From the NCBI GenBank assembly GCA_965240325.2, contig OZ251253.1, forward strand, positions 806,001 through 870,000: DNA of 64,000 nucleotides, given 5' to 3'. Position 1 is the first letter of the stretch. Every line of letters starts with the position of its first letter. Both the position numbers and the translations under genes were made by a program. Under the pieces are notes generated by a model that ran no database searches, was not told the DNA's origin, and saw only the letters and a list, made by a program, of their open reading frames with translations. Origin of the DNA: Rebecca billardiae RCC1528 (lineage: Eukaryota > Protista > Haptophyta). Shown piece after piece: positions 34,382 through 46,967 of the stretch.

Positions 34382-35236
34382 GACCCGTTGCACGCGTGAG
34401 CGCCGAAAAAACGACACTTTGGCAGTGATAGTCATCACCGTCGCCGCATCGTGGGCATGCCGCTGCCGCCGCCGGCGGCGGCAGCGGGAGCGTAGCAGCA
34501 GATCTACCACCTTCCGCGTTACGCGCTGCGTCGTGCGCGCCAGGTGGCAGGTTTCCCAGGTCCGCCGCGCGGAAGGCAGCGTGAGCGGTCGGCGAGCGCA
34601 CGGAGGTGAGAAGTAAGCGCGCATCGTGAGAGCTTCAGCAGCTTGCCCACGCGCTTCACGAAGGCGGTGCGGTTGCGTGCGCACGCCTTCTGTACCCGTA
34701 CACGCGATCAAAGCGTGAGCCACTCCCTAGGTCTTGCCTGCGCATCGCGGGCCGCGCCTCGTCTCCTGAATCCTCGTTTACGAGGACAGCACGTGTATCT
34801 GTGTACGCGCTCGCGGCCGATGGCGGCTCCCCGCGTCGAGAGCCGTTTGGCTGGAGCCGCATCCAAGGGCATATATCGTCACGGCCCCACCCGATGCTGA
34901 CGCTGAGGTGGCGTGCTTGCCGAAGGTAGCCGCATTGGCTGATCTCTCTGCCTTTGGGCAACCCTTTGCAACCGCGCCGGCTCACGCTGCCAGCGCGCGC
35001 GCGGCGTGGCTTCGTGGTGGACACCTGCCCTGGGTTTTGTCGTTCGTTCTCAGCGACGGTTGGGTCGATTGACATGCGGATTGGATTGGTGCATTGCGAA
35101 TCGGCTTCGCAATGCACCATTGCGCTCGGATCGGCGCGGACGTCAGCCATGCGGCAGCGCGAGCGACAAAACCGCGAGATTTCATACGCTTGTCGTTTTT
35201 TCATACGCTCACGGTTACTCACCCGTGCAACGGGTC
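34382..35236 (-). mobile_element. 858-bp TIR element, copy 2 (855 bp, inverted)
   Basis: Reverse complement of 7331-8188 with a few substitutions and a 3-bp indel; same TIRs. Confidence 0.9.
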
Positions 35237-35711
<475 letters not shown>

Positions 35712-35975
35712 CCGCCGCATCCATAGCGGCTGACCCTACTTGGGGCTCTGTGGAGTGTGGGACACTTCGGGCGTTCATTCGATCGGCCGCAGGAATGCGC
35801 GACGAAGATCGTTTTCGGCACTACGCCCGGTTTCTACATGAGCGGACTGGCAGGGCCAGGGGTCAACCGGAGGCCAGAGCCGCGGCGCGATCACGCCAGC
35901 ACGCAGCCTCCGGGTGGGCACCGCCGCCCCGGCGAGGCAGCAACGCCCGCGCCGTCGTCGAGATCGCGCATGCGG

Positions 35976-37544
35976 TCAGCCGTAGTAGGGTGCGCCCGGG
36001 CCGTACGGCGGAGGCGGCGCGCCCGGCGCGCGCGGCGGCGCGGGCCACGGCGGCGCCCACGGCTGCGGCGGCGGCTGCTGGTGCGCGGGCGGCGCCGCCC
36101 CGTACGGCGCGCGCGGGTGGTGCGCTGCGGGCCACGGAGCGGGGCCGCCGGCCGCGGCCGCCGCGCGCGGGTAGTGCCACTGCGGCGGCGGCTGCGCGTA
36201 CGGCGCGTGCGGCGCCGCGCCCGCCATCGCGCCGGGCGGCGCGCGCGCGTACGGCATCGGCGGCGCCGGGCCGGGGCCGGGCGCGTGCGGCGGCGCGTAC
36301 GGCGGGGGGGCGGCCCCCCAGCACCCAGGGGCGGGCGGCGCGGCGGCGACGTGCCACCCGGGGCCCGGCGGCGGCTGCGGCGCCCACGGCGCGGGCGGGT
36401 AGGGCCGCGCCGGCGGCGCCGCGCCCGGCGGCGGCCGCCAGCCGGCGGCGCAGCACGCGGCCGGCGGCCGGCGCACGCCCGGCGGCGCGCCGAGCGCGGC
36501 GGCCGCGCGCGCGGCGCCGCGCATGCCGCCGCCGCCGCCGCCGCCGCGCGCGCCGCGCGGCGGGCGCTTGTGCACGCCCGGCGGGCCGCCCGCCGCGCCG
36601 CGCCCCGCGCCGCGTGACGGCGGCCCCGCTAGGCCACCGCGCGCGCCGCCGCGTGCCGGGACGGGGCCGTGGCCGCGGCCGCGCCGCGCGCCGCCGCGCG
36701 CGCCGCGGCCGCGCTCCGCGCCGCGCCCGCGCGCCGCGGCGGGCTGCGGCGGCGCGGCCGGCGGCAGCGGCGCGGGCGGCAGGCCGGGGGGCAGCGGCGC
36801 GGGGCCCGCGCGCGGCCCCGCGACGAGCGCGTCGCGCCCCTTGGTCCACGCCGGCGGCGGCGCGCCGCCCGCGTGCGCGCCGCCCGCGGCGTGCGCCGCC
36901 GCCGCCGCCGCCTCCGCCGCCGCCTCCTCCGCGGCCGCGCCCTGCCGCACCGCGCGGCCGCTCGCGCGGAAGCGCTTGATGATGCCGATGAGGAAGCCCG
37001 TCTTGTTCGCCACGTGCGTGAGGTCCTGGTTGGCCATCCGCGCCACGATCTCGCAGCCCGTCGGCGCGTCGAAGTCGTTGAGCGAGCGCAGCGCGCCGTC
37101 GGCCACGTCCGCGCGCGCCACGCGGCCGAGGTTGAAGAGGCCCTCGAGGGCGAGCCGCACGGCGGGCGCGGTGCGCGGCAGGCCGTACGGGTTGGGCTCG
37201 GCGTCGTCGGGCTCGTGCGACGCGGGCGCGGCCGCGGGCGCGGCTGGCGCGTCGTCGCCGGCGGCGCCCTCCGGCTCGTCCTCGTCCTCGTCCTCGTCCG
37301 TGTCGTCATCGTCGTCATCGTCGTCGTCCTCCTCCTCGTCGTCCTCCTCCTCCTCCTCCGCCTCCTCCTCCTCCTCCTCCTCCTCCTCCGCCTCGCCCTC
37401 GCCCTCGTTATGCTCGCCGTCTTCGTTCTCATCACCGCCATCCCAGTCCGCGTCGCCCTCGCCCTCGCCCTCCGCCTCCTCCTCCGCCTCCTCCTCCTCC
37501 TCCTCCTCCTCCTCCTCCGCGTGGCCCTGCTCGCTGGCCGCCAT
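35976..37544 (-). CDS. Acidic N-terminus, hnRNP Q/R NURR (acidic domain)-like domain, RGG and Pro/Tyr low-complexity tail; putative RNA-binding protein
   Basis: [48 protein letters not shown] parallels hnRNP Q DLSHVQNKSAFLCGVMKTYR; ATG at 37544. Confidence 0.8.
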   Translation of the reverse strand: MAASEQGHAEEEEEEEEEEAEEEAEGEGEGDADWDGGDENEDGEHNEGEGEAEEEEEEEEEAEEEEEDDEEEDDDDDDDDDTDEDEDEDEPEGAAGDDAPAAPAAAPASHEPDDAEPNPYGLPRTAPAVRLALEGLFNLGRVARADVADGALRSLNDFDAPTGCEIVARMANQDLTHVANKTGFLIGIIKRFRASGRAVRQGAAAEEAAAEAAAAAAHAAGGAHAGGAPPPAWTKGRDALVAGPRAGPAPLPPGLPPAPLPPAAPPQPAAARGRGAERGRGARGGARRGRGHGPVPARGGARGGLAGPPSRGAGRGAAGGPPGVHKRPPRGARGGGGGGGMRGAARAAAALGAPPGVRRPPAACCAAGWRPPPGAAPPARPYPPAPWAPQPPPGPGWHVAAAPPAPGCWGAAPPPYAPPHAPGPGPAPPMPYARAPPGAMAGAAPHAPYAQPPPQWHYPRAAAAAGGPAPWPAAHHPRAPYGAAPPAHQQPPPQPWAPPWPAPPRAPGAPPPPYGPGAPYYG

Positions 37545-37659
37545 CGTGGCTGATGACTCCCAGCCGACGACGGCTTTGCCGCTTTGCACTGGGCCAGTGG
37601 CTGACGAATCTTCGGTGCCGTTCGGAGAGCGGCGGTCGCGGCCTGCTCGCACGGCGCTA

Positions 37660-38322
37660 ATGACGATGACGACGACCACGCTCGCCGTCGCGGCGCTCGC
37701 GCTCGGCGCGCTCTCGGCGGCGGAGGCGTGGCGCGCGGGCGCGCCCGCCCCGGCGGTGCGCGGCTCCGCTCTCGCCCGCCGCCGCGCGGCCCTCCGCCCC
37801 GCGCCGCGCATGGACGAGGGCGCCGAGTGGGTGGGCGCGCAGCAGCACTCGGAGGCGTCCAAGGACACGGACACGGTCTTCGGCATCGAGCGGATCATGG
37901 AGATCCTGCCGCACCGGTATCCGTTCCTGCTGGTGGACAAGGTGATCGAGTTCGAGCCGGGCAAGCGCTGCGTCGGCGTCAAGAAGGTGACGATGAACGA
38001 GCAGTTCTTCACCGGCCATTTCCCGAACCGTCCGATCATGCCGGGCGTGCTGCAGGTCGAGGCGATGGCGCAGGTGGGCGGGCTGGTGGCGCTGCAGGAG
38101 CCGGTGAGCGACGCGGGCGGCGGGAAGGGCGACTTCTTCTTCGCCGGCGTGGACAACATCCGCTGGCGCCGCCCCGTCGTGCCGGGCGACACGCTCGTGA
38201 TGGAGATGGAGCTCGTCTCGTTCAAGGCGCGCTTTGGGATCGTCAAGATGAAGGGCAAGGCGTTCGTCGACGGGAAGCCCGCCGTCGACGGCGACTTCAC
38301 CTTCGCGCTGGTCAAGGAGTAA
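37660..38322 (+). CDS. fabZ: Plastid-targeted 3-hydroxyacyl-ACP dehydratase
   Basis: [37 protein letters not shown] and RRPVVPGD; signal peptide ending AEA-W followed by an Arg/Ala-rich transit peptide. Confidence 0.96.
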   Translation: MTMTTTTLAVAALALGALSAAEAWRAGAPAPAVRGSALARRRAALRPAPRMDEGAEWVGAQQHSEASKDTDTVFGIERIMEILPHRYPFLLVDKVIEFEPGKRCVGVKKVTMNEQFFTGHFPNRPIMPGVLQVEAMAQVGGLVALQEPVSDAGGGKGDFFFAGVDNIRWRRPVVPGDTLVMEMELVSFKARFGIVKMKGKAFVDGKPAVDGDFTFALVKE

Positions 38323-38855
38323 GGTGGGGGCGTGCTCGGCATGGCGAGCAGCCGCCGCGGCCGCGGCGGTGCCCGTCGCGTCGCGCGCAGCAGTCCGGCC
38401 ATCAGCACTCGGCAGCGCCACGACCCGGCGCGCTGCATCAGTGATCGACTGACGAGTGCAGCAGCCGTGATATGTGTGCAGGCGCGCGCCGTCACTGGCG
38501 TCAGCAGGCTGATCATATATATATAATAAGCAGCACGACGACGCGTACCGTTGATGTTGCTGACTATGATGAGCGCTGCTGATCGGATATATGATATATA
38601 GCGTCGTCATCAGTCAGAATTATATAACTCTGAATTCCGGATGATCGTCAATATATGAAGCAGCGCTGACGAATTATCGTCGTCGCGGACGCGATCAGAC
38701 GGGCGATCCACTCACTGCGATTCGTCAGGCTGTGAGTGTGGATTCAGTCGTCATTCAATTTCATCAGGCAAGCGCTAGCCGAAGTAGCCTGCTACCGCCG
38801 CGTAGTGCCCGACTGATATTAGGGGGTCCAAGCCGCGGAATTAAAAATCGAAAAT

Positions 38856-41076
38856 CCGGACTAATTCTATGATTTAAAGACACAGGCACGAGGGCGCAGC
38901 TCTCCTGATTCGTCTGTCGAAGTACTGAATGGAGTTAATGGAGGATGTCGGAGCGCGTTGGCCGCGGGTGAGGGAGTCGTCGTAACCGATGCTGATCACA
39001 CGGTCACTGAGGTAGTAGGCGCCCGGGGATGCCGCTGTTTTGCAGTCGTCGTCGGCCTTGGTCATCATGTAGTTGCCCGTGTCGTCGTCGTCCGAGGCTG
39101 TTCAAGTTGATGCCGTAGTGCAGGTAGTGGATGTGGTCGCCCGGGCCGGTGTGCGCGGCCTAGTGGCCTTGCCGAGTTGAGGGAGTAGTCGCCCTTGCCG
39201 TTGAGGAAGTCGTCGTCCTTGCCGTTGAGGAAGTCGTCGCCCTGGCCGCAGAGGAAGTCGTCGCCCTTGCCGTTGAGGAAGTCGTCGTCCTGGCCGCTGA
39301 GGGTGCCTGCGCTGCCCAACCGGGCGCGTCTGGCGCGCCAGCGCCGCGCGCGGCTCTACGCCAGCGACTGCGGCGCGGCGGCAGCCAGGTCACGGGGGGG
39401 GTCGCCGAGGGACGCGGTGCGAGCCTGCTTGGCCGGCTTGGCGTCGCTCCCGCCAGCGGAGGAGGGCCCATCCTCCTCCGCCGGCGTGGACGGCTCGGTC
39501 GCCGCGCGCTTGCCGGCTGCCGCGGCGCCGGGGGGCAGGACCAGGCGGTAGTTGGACTCCCCGAGCGCCGGCCTGGCCTGTTGCACCTCGGGCCCGTCCG
39601 ACGGCGCGGCCGCGGTTGGTGGCTGGGGTGGCGGGATGGCATCGTCCGAACCCTCCCCCTCGGGCTCCTCCGCCTCCGGGCCGGCGGGGTCCGCCGCCTG
39701 TTGGTCGGCCGGCTGAGGAGCAGGGCGGCGCGCAGCGGCGGGCGGCGCGGGCGGCACAGGCGGCGCGGGCGGCACGCCCCACAGGTTGTGTGGGACGCGG
39801 GCGGCGCCGGCGATGCGGCGGCTCGGCTTGAGCGGCGCGAAGAAGATGGGGTGCTCGGGGTCGATGGGCATGAAACGCAGGCGGAGGAAGATCAGGTTCA
39901 CACCGCCGGAGTAGATGTTGGTCTCGACGTGCTCACCGTTGGTCACGTACTTGTTGATGTCGGGCACGATCTGCTCGTAGAGGGCCCTGTGAAACTGCAC
40001 GAGCGTCATCGTGGGGCTAACCGGGAGCGTGAGGGACACGTCCTTCGCCTGGGTTGCGAGGTCGGCCGCCGACAGCGCGAGCATCTCCTGCGTGAGCTCC
40101 GTGGTGCACGCCGTGAGAATGTTCGGCATGCACAGGCTGGTGGCCAGGCGGCGGCAGATGGTCATGTTCTCGAGCACCGAGCCGGTGAAGGAGAAAACGT
40201 GCTTATTGCCTTTGGGGTCCTGGGTGAGTCCTGAGAGCAGTCGCCCGCCTTGCGAGTTGGGCGCCACGTCGCTCAGGCAGCGCGCGCTCAGCTTGATCAT
40301 CGTCGTGCACATCTGCTGGCCCGCATCCCGCCTGGCGGTGGGGGTGCTCGGCCGTTCCACCTGCAGCCCGCGCTCGAAGTTGTTGGAAGAGGGGAAGAAG
40401 CTCAAGGCGCTCCTGCTGTTGAGACGGTCGCGGAAAAAGCCGTGCTGGTAAGGGGGCATGGTGGCCGGTGTGGCGGGCGCGGGGCTGCGGAGGGCCGGGG
40501 GGCGGGTGCGGAAGCACTGCGGTGCGAGCGAGGTCGGTGCTGGTGCCAAAGGCATTTCGGCGCGCGGGGTTGAAATCAAATTTCAAAACCCAGGTCCGGA
40601 GTGGCCCCGCCGGTCCCCCGGACCACGGCGGCCCGTCGTGCGTTTCGGGGGGAGAGGGGTTTGTCGCGAAACGGGCAGGATGGGGAAAAGGGGGGGGGGG
40701 GGGGGGGGGGGGGGGGGCTCGCGGCCGCCGCGGGGAGGCCGGGACGGGCGCGGTCTCCACCTGAGGGCCGGGCGCTGCTCAGGAAGGAGGGCGGCCCACA
40801 CTCCGCGTGTCGCTCCCCAGTGCCTCCGCACAGGCACACCGCAGGTGTTCGCCGTCGTGTCGGGATGAGCATGCGCTTGGCGTCCGCACCCGGGGCCAGT
40901 CCTTTCATGGTCAGCAAGCAGGCGGGGGGGGGGCGTGCGTGTGCAAGCGCGGGTGGATATGTCGTGTCTGCGATATGCGGAGTGTTGGATGCGGGTTGCG
41001 CCGGTGCCCCAGGGCACCGGTGAGTGTGTAGCTGTTTCGGGCACGCCTCGCGAACGCGAGGCGCTGGAAGACATGG
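38856..41076 (-). mobile_element. 2.2-kb repeated element, copy B (inverted)
   Basis: Reverse complement of 25195-27392. Confidence 0.85.
39356..40459 (-). CDS. Orphan 367-aa protein, copy B
   Basis: Intact paralog of 25786-26889 with about 14 amino-acid differences. Confidence 0.8.
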   Translation of the reverse strand: MPPYQHGFFRDRLNSRSALSFFPSSNNFERGLQVERPSTPTARRDAGQQMCTTMIKLSARCLSDVAPNSQGGRLLSGLTQDPKGNKHVFSFTGSVLENMTICRRLATSLCMPNILTACTTELTQEMLALSAADLATQAKDVSLTLPVSPTMTLVQFHRALYEQIVPDINKYVTNGEHVETNIYSGGVNLIFLRLRFMPIDPEHPIFFAPLKPSRRIAGAARVPHNLWGVPPAPPVPPAPPAAARRPAPQPADQQAADPAGPEAEEPEGEGSDDAIPPPQPPTAAAPSDGPEVQQARPALGESNYRLVLPPGAAAAGKRAATEPSTPAEEDGPSSAGGSDAKPAKQARTASLGDPPRDLAAAAPQSLA

Positions 41077-43137
41077 AGACCGGGAGGCTACGACCGATTT
41101 CGCGGTGACCATTTCCGAACTACATTGTTGCCTCGAATTGCGGCAGCACGGGCCGCGGCCGTTCAGAGCACGGTCGAGCCCGAGATCGGGCGAGTAGCAC
41201 GCCTGGGCGGTGGACTTCATCGTCGCGTCGGCGCGGCGGAGCGCGCTCTGGCGTCAGAGGCGCGCGGGCGGGCGAGTCAGGGTGGCCACCATGACAGCGG
41301 TCGACCAAATGATCGCTGGCAGCTCGCTCTCACCGGACATCTTGAACCTCACAGCCCCGCTCTGTGCGCCGTTCGAACTCTCATCCGGATGAGCGCGGAC
41401 AACGCAGCCCCGGTTTCAGGTGAAGCGTGCACGCTGCGCGCTGGTTTACACCTGGTCTAGCTTGTCCATGATGAGCATGAACGACCCCCCGGCGCTCGGC
41501 CTGGTGCGTGCAGTGCTCACCTCCCCACGCGCTGCGCATGCACTCGCGCGATCGCTGGCCGCTCGTTCGCAAACGGGAGTGCGCGGCAGTCGTGGGTGGT
41601 AAGCAAGCTCGGCGACCCTGTGTACGTGCGGGGCCTGTCTTCCAGCTCACAGTAGTACCGCCAGAAGCTCCAGCCGGCACGCGTCGGCTTGTTTGTTGTG
41701 CCACTTGGCGTGCCGCTTGGCTGCATGCAGCAGCCGAGCTGCGCTGAGGCGAAGAGCGTGCACGTCACGAACGTCAAGCTTGCTGCGGAGCAAACGCACG
41801 CCGCCAAGCTCCGCTATGACCGCTGCCACATCTGCACACCGTGTCTTCGTCTCGGGAGTGCCTGCGCCACTGTTGGCGGCCGTCTTGGAGCAGCGCGCGG
41901 ACTGCATGATGCTCGGGGCAGGAGTGCTGCTGGGCGCGGCAGTGGAGGCAGAGAGCTCAACGCTCGCCACCGAGCAGCTCGCAGAGTCAGAGGTAAGCTG
42001 GAGCAGCCTCGACGGCAAGCGCTGTAGCCGCAGCAGAGGTGGACCGGCGGCGGCCTCGCGTGGGCTGGGGTACGACGAACGGCGACGGTGCCGGTGACAC
42101 CTGAGTACGGGCAAGGAAGCCGCCCGGCACATGGCGAGCTAGTCTGCGCACACCAGCCTCGACGGCGGAGAGGACTCTCATGCCGGGATGGTGGCGGCAT
42201 GTTCAGTGGCGGAGTTGGCCGTGTGCCGCAGCACGTGCAGCCCGCCACCGGCATCAGGTCCACGTTCGCGGGCCGGCACTCACTGATGTGCTGAGTCCAG
42301 TGGCATGAGCCGTCTCGGCGCCGCCGTACTCCGTATTCGGATGACCCAGCAAGTAGTGAGCAAGGTACCCGCGTATAGGCACTCACTTGAATACATATGG
42401 CAATAAAACTAACCGCATCATTCGATATATAGCGGGTAACATGGCGCTTATATGCGGGTAAATTCCCATAATTAAATGGGTAATGTGCTCGATCTTGGAG
42501 TAATTTTTCATGGACGTCTACGCGCACAGCATTGTGCCCCACTTTTTCGGTATTTTCACCATAAAATCCTTTGGATAGAGGGTAGCGCTTGTCAATAAGT
42601 AAGTCCGACCGCGTATCGCGTCATCTAGCTGCCATGACAAGTAGGTAACATTCGGCTGAATCTCTATGTGACACAGCGGGCGCCGCTGCGTGCGCGCGCG
42701 ACCGCGCGACGACACGCGGAGTCGGTTTTTAGCAGTGCTTCTGGCGGCTGGGCTGGGCTCTGGGACATGCATATTTGAGGGTGACTCCGCAAGCGTCACG
42801 CTCATCAGACGCCTACATGGCATGGTTATTGTCAAATAATATCATCACCAATCGGTGGGCCTGGCCAGACGGTGGGCTGCTGGCTGTTGGACTCCCCCAG
42901 TACTACTAATAATAACTACTGATATATCAGCGCATGCGATGCAGGCGGTCGTCCGATGATACTGCTGCGCCGCGCCCGCTGGTATGCTGCTTAGTTTAAG
43001 CTCGGCGGATGGCGGATCGAATGAAACGGCCCGGCGGCCCGCGGCCCGCGGAGACTCAGTGACGGTGGGGAGGCGTGACGCTCGTGCGCTGCTGCTGCCG
43101 ACTAGGCGACGTACGGCGCGCGGCTCGGCGGCGGGGC

Positions 43138-45002
43138 TCACGCCCAGCCGGTGCCGCAGTCGCCCTCGGCGGGGCAGCGGTTGCACTCGCACCGGCCGCT
43201 GCCGAGCTGCGTGCGGTCGGCGATCAGCGAGTAGGTGCACGCGGCGCCCAGCCGGCCGCCCAGCCCGCACTGCTGGTCGGGGCACTGCGGCAGCGAGCCG
43301 TCGCAGCACGGCCACGTCTTGAGCGGGATGGGCAGCGGGCAGTTCACGCACGGCACCGACGGGTCGAGCGTCGCGCGGTGCGCCTCGAGCGCCTGCGCCC
43401 GCAGGGAGGGGCGAGGGGGCCGCGCGCGGGCTGCGTGAGTGAGCGGGGCGCTCGGCGCCGGCCGGCCGCGGCGCGCGCGCGCGCGCGCGCGCGCGCGCAC
43501 CGCGTTCGCCTCCTGCACGGCGCGCGCGTGGTCGTGCGTGCCCGGCCGCAGCGGCGTCGTCTCGTTTGGGTCGTTGCGCACGTCGAAGACGAGGGGCGGG
43601 TCGTGGCGCTCGAGCGACTTGGCGTCGCACTGGCAGAGCGTCGTGCTGCCGAAGAGGCCGGCCGTGTAGCCCGCGCGCGGGCAGCACTGCGTGCACGTGC
43701 CCTCGTACCCCTCCTGCCACTTCTGCGTGCGCCAGAACACCTTGAAGCCGAGGTAGCGCGCGGCCAGCACGTGGATGCCGCAGTAGTGGAAGTGCACGCG
43801 CCTCGAGGCCAGCCAGCCGTTGTGCGCGTCGGTCGGGCGCTGGAAGAAGCGCGACTGGTCGACGCCGTCGAGCAGCAGCGAGGGCGGCAGCGCCACGCCT
43901 GCAAACGCCGCGATCGTGGGGAGCAGGTCGAGCGCGCGCACGGGCGCGTCCGAGACGGCGCCTGCGGGGACGACGCCCGGCCAGCGCACGATGGCGGGCA
44001 CGCGGATGCCGCCCTCCCAGAGCTGGCCCTTGCCGCCCTTCAGCCCGCCCTTCCGCCCGGACTGCGCCCACCCCTCCTCCTGGTACGGCCCGTTGTCCGA
44101 CGTGAACACCACCAGCGTGTCCTCCGCCGCGCCCACCTCGTCGACCGCGGTGAGCAGCTCGCCCAGCGCCCAGTCGAGCTCCTTCATCACCTGCCCGTAC
44201 TGCCCGTTCGACGAGTGGAACGGGCCGGGCGGGCCGGGGCCGAAGCGCGGGTGGTTGAACAGCACCGTGTGCGGGTGCAGGTCGGCGTAGTAGAGGAACC
44301 ACGGCGAGGCCGCCGCCGCCGCCCTGCGGATGAAGGCGTCCGCGTGCCGCACCATCGCCTCCTGCAGCCTGCGCAGAGCACAGCAGCAAGCGGCGGCAGC
44401 GGCGGCGGCAGTGCACAGCGGCGGCAGTGCACGCGGGAGCGCAGCCGGGTGAGCCGGGCGGCGGGCATGCGCCCGCGCGGTGTGCGTGCAGCGCGCGCGC
44501 GTACCCGAACATGTGCGCGGGCTGCTGGATGATCGTGTTGTTCGCCATCAGGAAGCAGAACATGCCGTTGGACGCCACGCCCGCTGAGCCGCCGCGCCGC
44601 CGCGCGGGGCCGCCGCTCAGCCCGACCTCGCGCGCAAAGGCGTTGGCCGCGCGGCGCGCGAGGTCGGTGTGGTTGTGCCGCGCGGAGCGCCGCTCGGTGC
44701 GCTCCGCCTTGCGCTCGTCCTTGTTGCTCGAGCGCTCGCTCTTGCGCTGCTGCCGGCCGAGCAGCCGCTCGAAGCGGAGCAGCGCGCGGCTCACAGGCCC
44801 GCCCTCCGCCTCCGCCTCCTCCGCCTCCGCCGCCTCCTCCGCCTCCTCCGCCTCGTCCAGCGCGTCGAGCGGGGCCGGCGGGTCGGCGCCCTCCGCGCCC
44901 TCTTCGCGCGCCGAGAGCGCGCGCGCCCGCCGCTCCGCCGCGCGCCTCGTGCGCAGCTCGACGGACCCGCCGCCGCCGCCGCCGGCCGGCGGCCGCGCGG
45001 CC

Positions 45003-45038
<36 letters not shown>

Positions 45039-45586
45039 GGCGCCTCCTCCTCCTCGCCGTCCTCCGAGTACGGGTTGCACTTCTGGAAGTTGGAGAAGGG
45101 CCACACCAGCGAGTCGTCGAAGCCGTGGTGCGCGGGCAGGAAGGTGTTGGTGCCGTTGGTCCCCGCGCCCGACGAGGCGGCGGAGATGCCGAGGTGCCAC
45201 TTGCCGCTGAGGGCGGTGCGGTACCCCGCGGCCTTGAGCGCGCGCGCGATGGTGATCTCGCGCTTGGGCAGCCCGCTCGGCGCGCCGGGCGTGTACACCA
45301 CGCGCTGCGGCAGCACGTCCCCCGTCATGCCGTACCGGTGCGGGTACCGCCCGGTCAGCAGCGCCGCGCGCGCGGGCGTGCAGATGGGCTCTGTGAGGTA
45401 GTGCGTCAGCATCAGCCCCTGCGCGCCCAGCGCGTCCAGGTTGGGCGTCGTGTTGTTGTTGCCCACGCCGAGCACCGCGCGCGAGAAGGCGTGCGGGTCG
45501 GCGTACCCCATGTCGTCCGCCAGGTAGATGAGCACGTTGGGCCGCGCCGCGCGCGTGCGCGTGCCGCCCGAGCCGAGCGGCTCAGA

Positions 45587-45617
<31 letters not shown>

Positions 45618-46387
45618 GCGTCCGCCGCGCCGTCGCCGCGCCGCCGCCTCGAGGCGGCGGCGGCGGCGGCGGCGGTCTCGGCGGGCGCGTCCGCGCCGTC
45701 GTCCTCCTCCGGCCCGAGGATCGGCGCGGGCGCCACCACCGTCGGCAGCGCTGCCACGGGCTCGGTGACCCACGCGGTGAACGCGTCGTCCGCCACGGTC
45801 AGCCCGGTGATGGACGCCAGCACGTCGATCACGAGCGGGACGAGCGGGCCCTTGATCTCGCCGGTGAACGCGACGCAGACGAGGAGCATCGACACCGCGC
45901 ACGTGAGCACGCAGCACGCCGCGGAGCAGAGCAGCACCGTGCGCGAGCGCCCGCAGCGCGCGGCGGCTCGGCTGCGCCGCGCGCTCCGCCGCCCGCCCGC
46001 GGCCGCCGCGCCCGCGGCCGCGCCGAGCAGGCCGGCGGGCGTCACGCGCCGGCTCCACGCGGCGGGGCGGAAGAGCGGTGCAGCCGCGCTGCTGCCGCCG
46101 CCGCCGCTCGAGCTGCTACTGCTCCCGCCGCCGCCGTCGCGCGCGAGCGGGCTCGCGGCGGGCGGCGCGCTCGCCGCCGGCCGCGTCGGCGTCGACGGCG
46201 CGGAGGAGAAGGGCGCGTCCTCCTCGCCGCCGGCCTCGGCGGCCGCGGCGCCGTTGGCGCGGCGGTGCGCGCGCGCCGCCGGCTCCGCCGCGCCCTCGTC
46301 GGGCAGCATGCGCGCGTACCCGCCCCAGCGCGACGCGCGCGCACCGCCGCTCGGCCCGTCGCTCGGCGCCCAGCCGTCGGCGCCCAT
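43138..46387 (-). CDS. Membrane-anchored arylsulfatase-family sulfatase; introns 44369-44504 and 43393-43500
   Basis: RPNVLIYLADDMGYAD, CTPARAALLTGRYP (Cys-type formylglycine motif), GKWHLG, FTSDNGP, GGKGQLWEGGIRVP and FDVRNDPNE; N-terminal hydrophobic segment; GT-AG splicing restores the frame. Confidence 0.9.
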
Positions 46388-46967
46388 GCCGCCGGCGCGC
46401 CGCGCGGCGCTCGGGGGAGGGGGCGCGGGAGGCGCGCTCCGCCGCGCCGGCCCGTCCGCGTGCGCGCGCGCTGCCCGGCCGCGCCCGCGCTGCTGGGCGT
46501 CGGCGCGCCCTCCGGGGCGCGGGGATCTGCAGCGCCGCCGCCTGCTTCTGCGCGCGGAAGGCGATGGGGGTTGGGGCTGGAGAAGAATTCCGGCGAATCG
46601 GCTGCTGGCGGCCTGGCGCACCACACTCAACACGTCGTGCACGTTCCAGGATCCAGGGCTCGCCGGCTCGGCGGCTCGCCGCGGCGGTTTCCTAATTCTC
46701 CATGAGCGACCGGCTCATTAATTCCGCGAATAGGAGGTCGAAGCGGCACGCCTATTGACGAACCGCGGCGGCCTTGATGCCCAAAGCAGAACAGCTCTTG
46801 CGCGCCTCCTCGCTGATTGGCCCGAATTGAAACGCGCCTCTCGCAGTGCTGCAGCTGCTCATTGCGCCCAGCGCAGCACACGGCACACGCTGCTCCGCGC
46901 TCGCGCGCACCGCCGCCGCTCGGCGACTCGCGCGGCGCGCGCGGCTCGGCCGGCCCGCGCACGGAGG

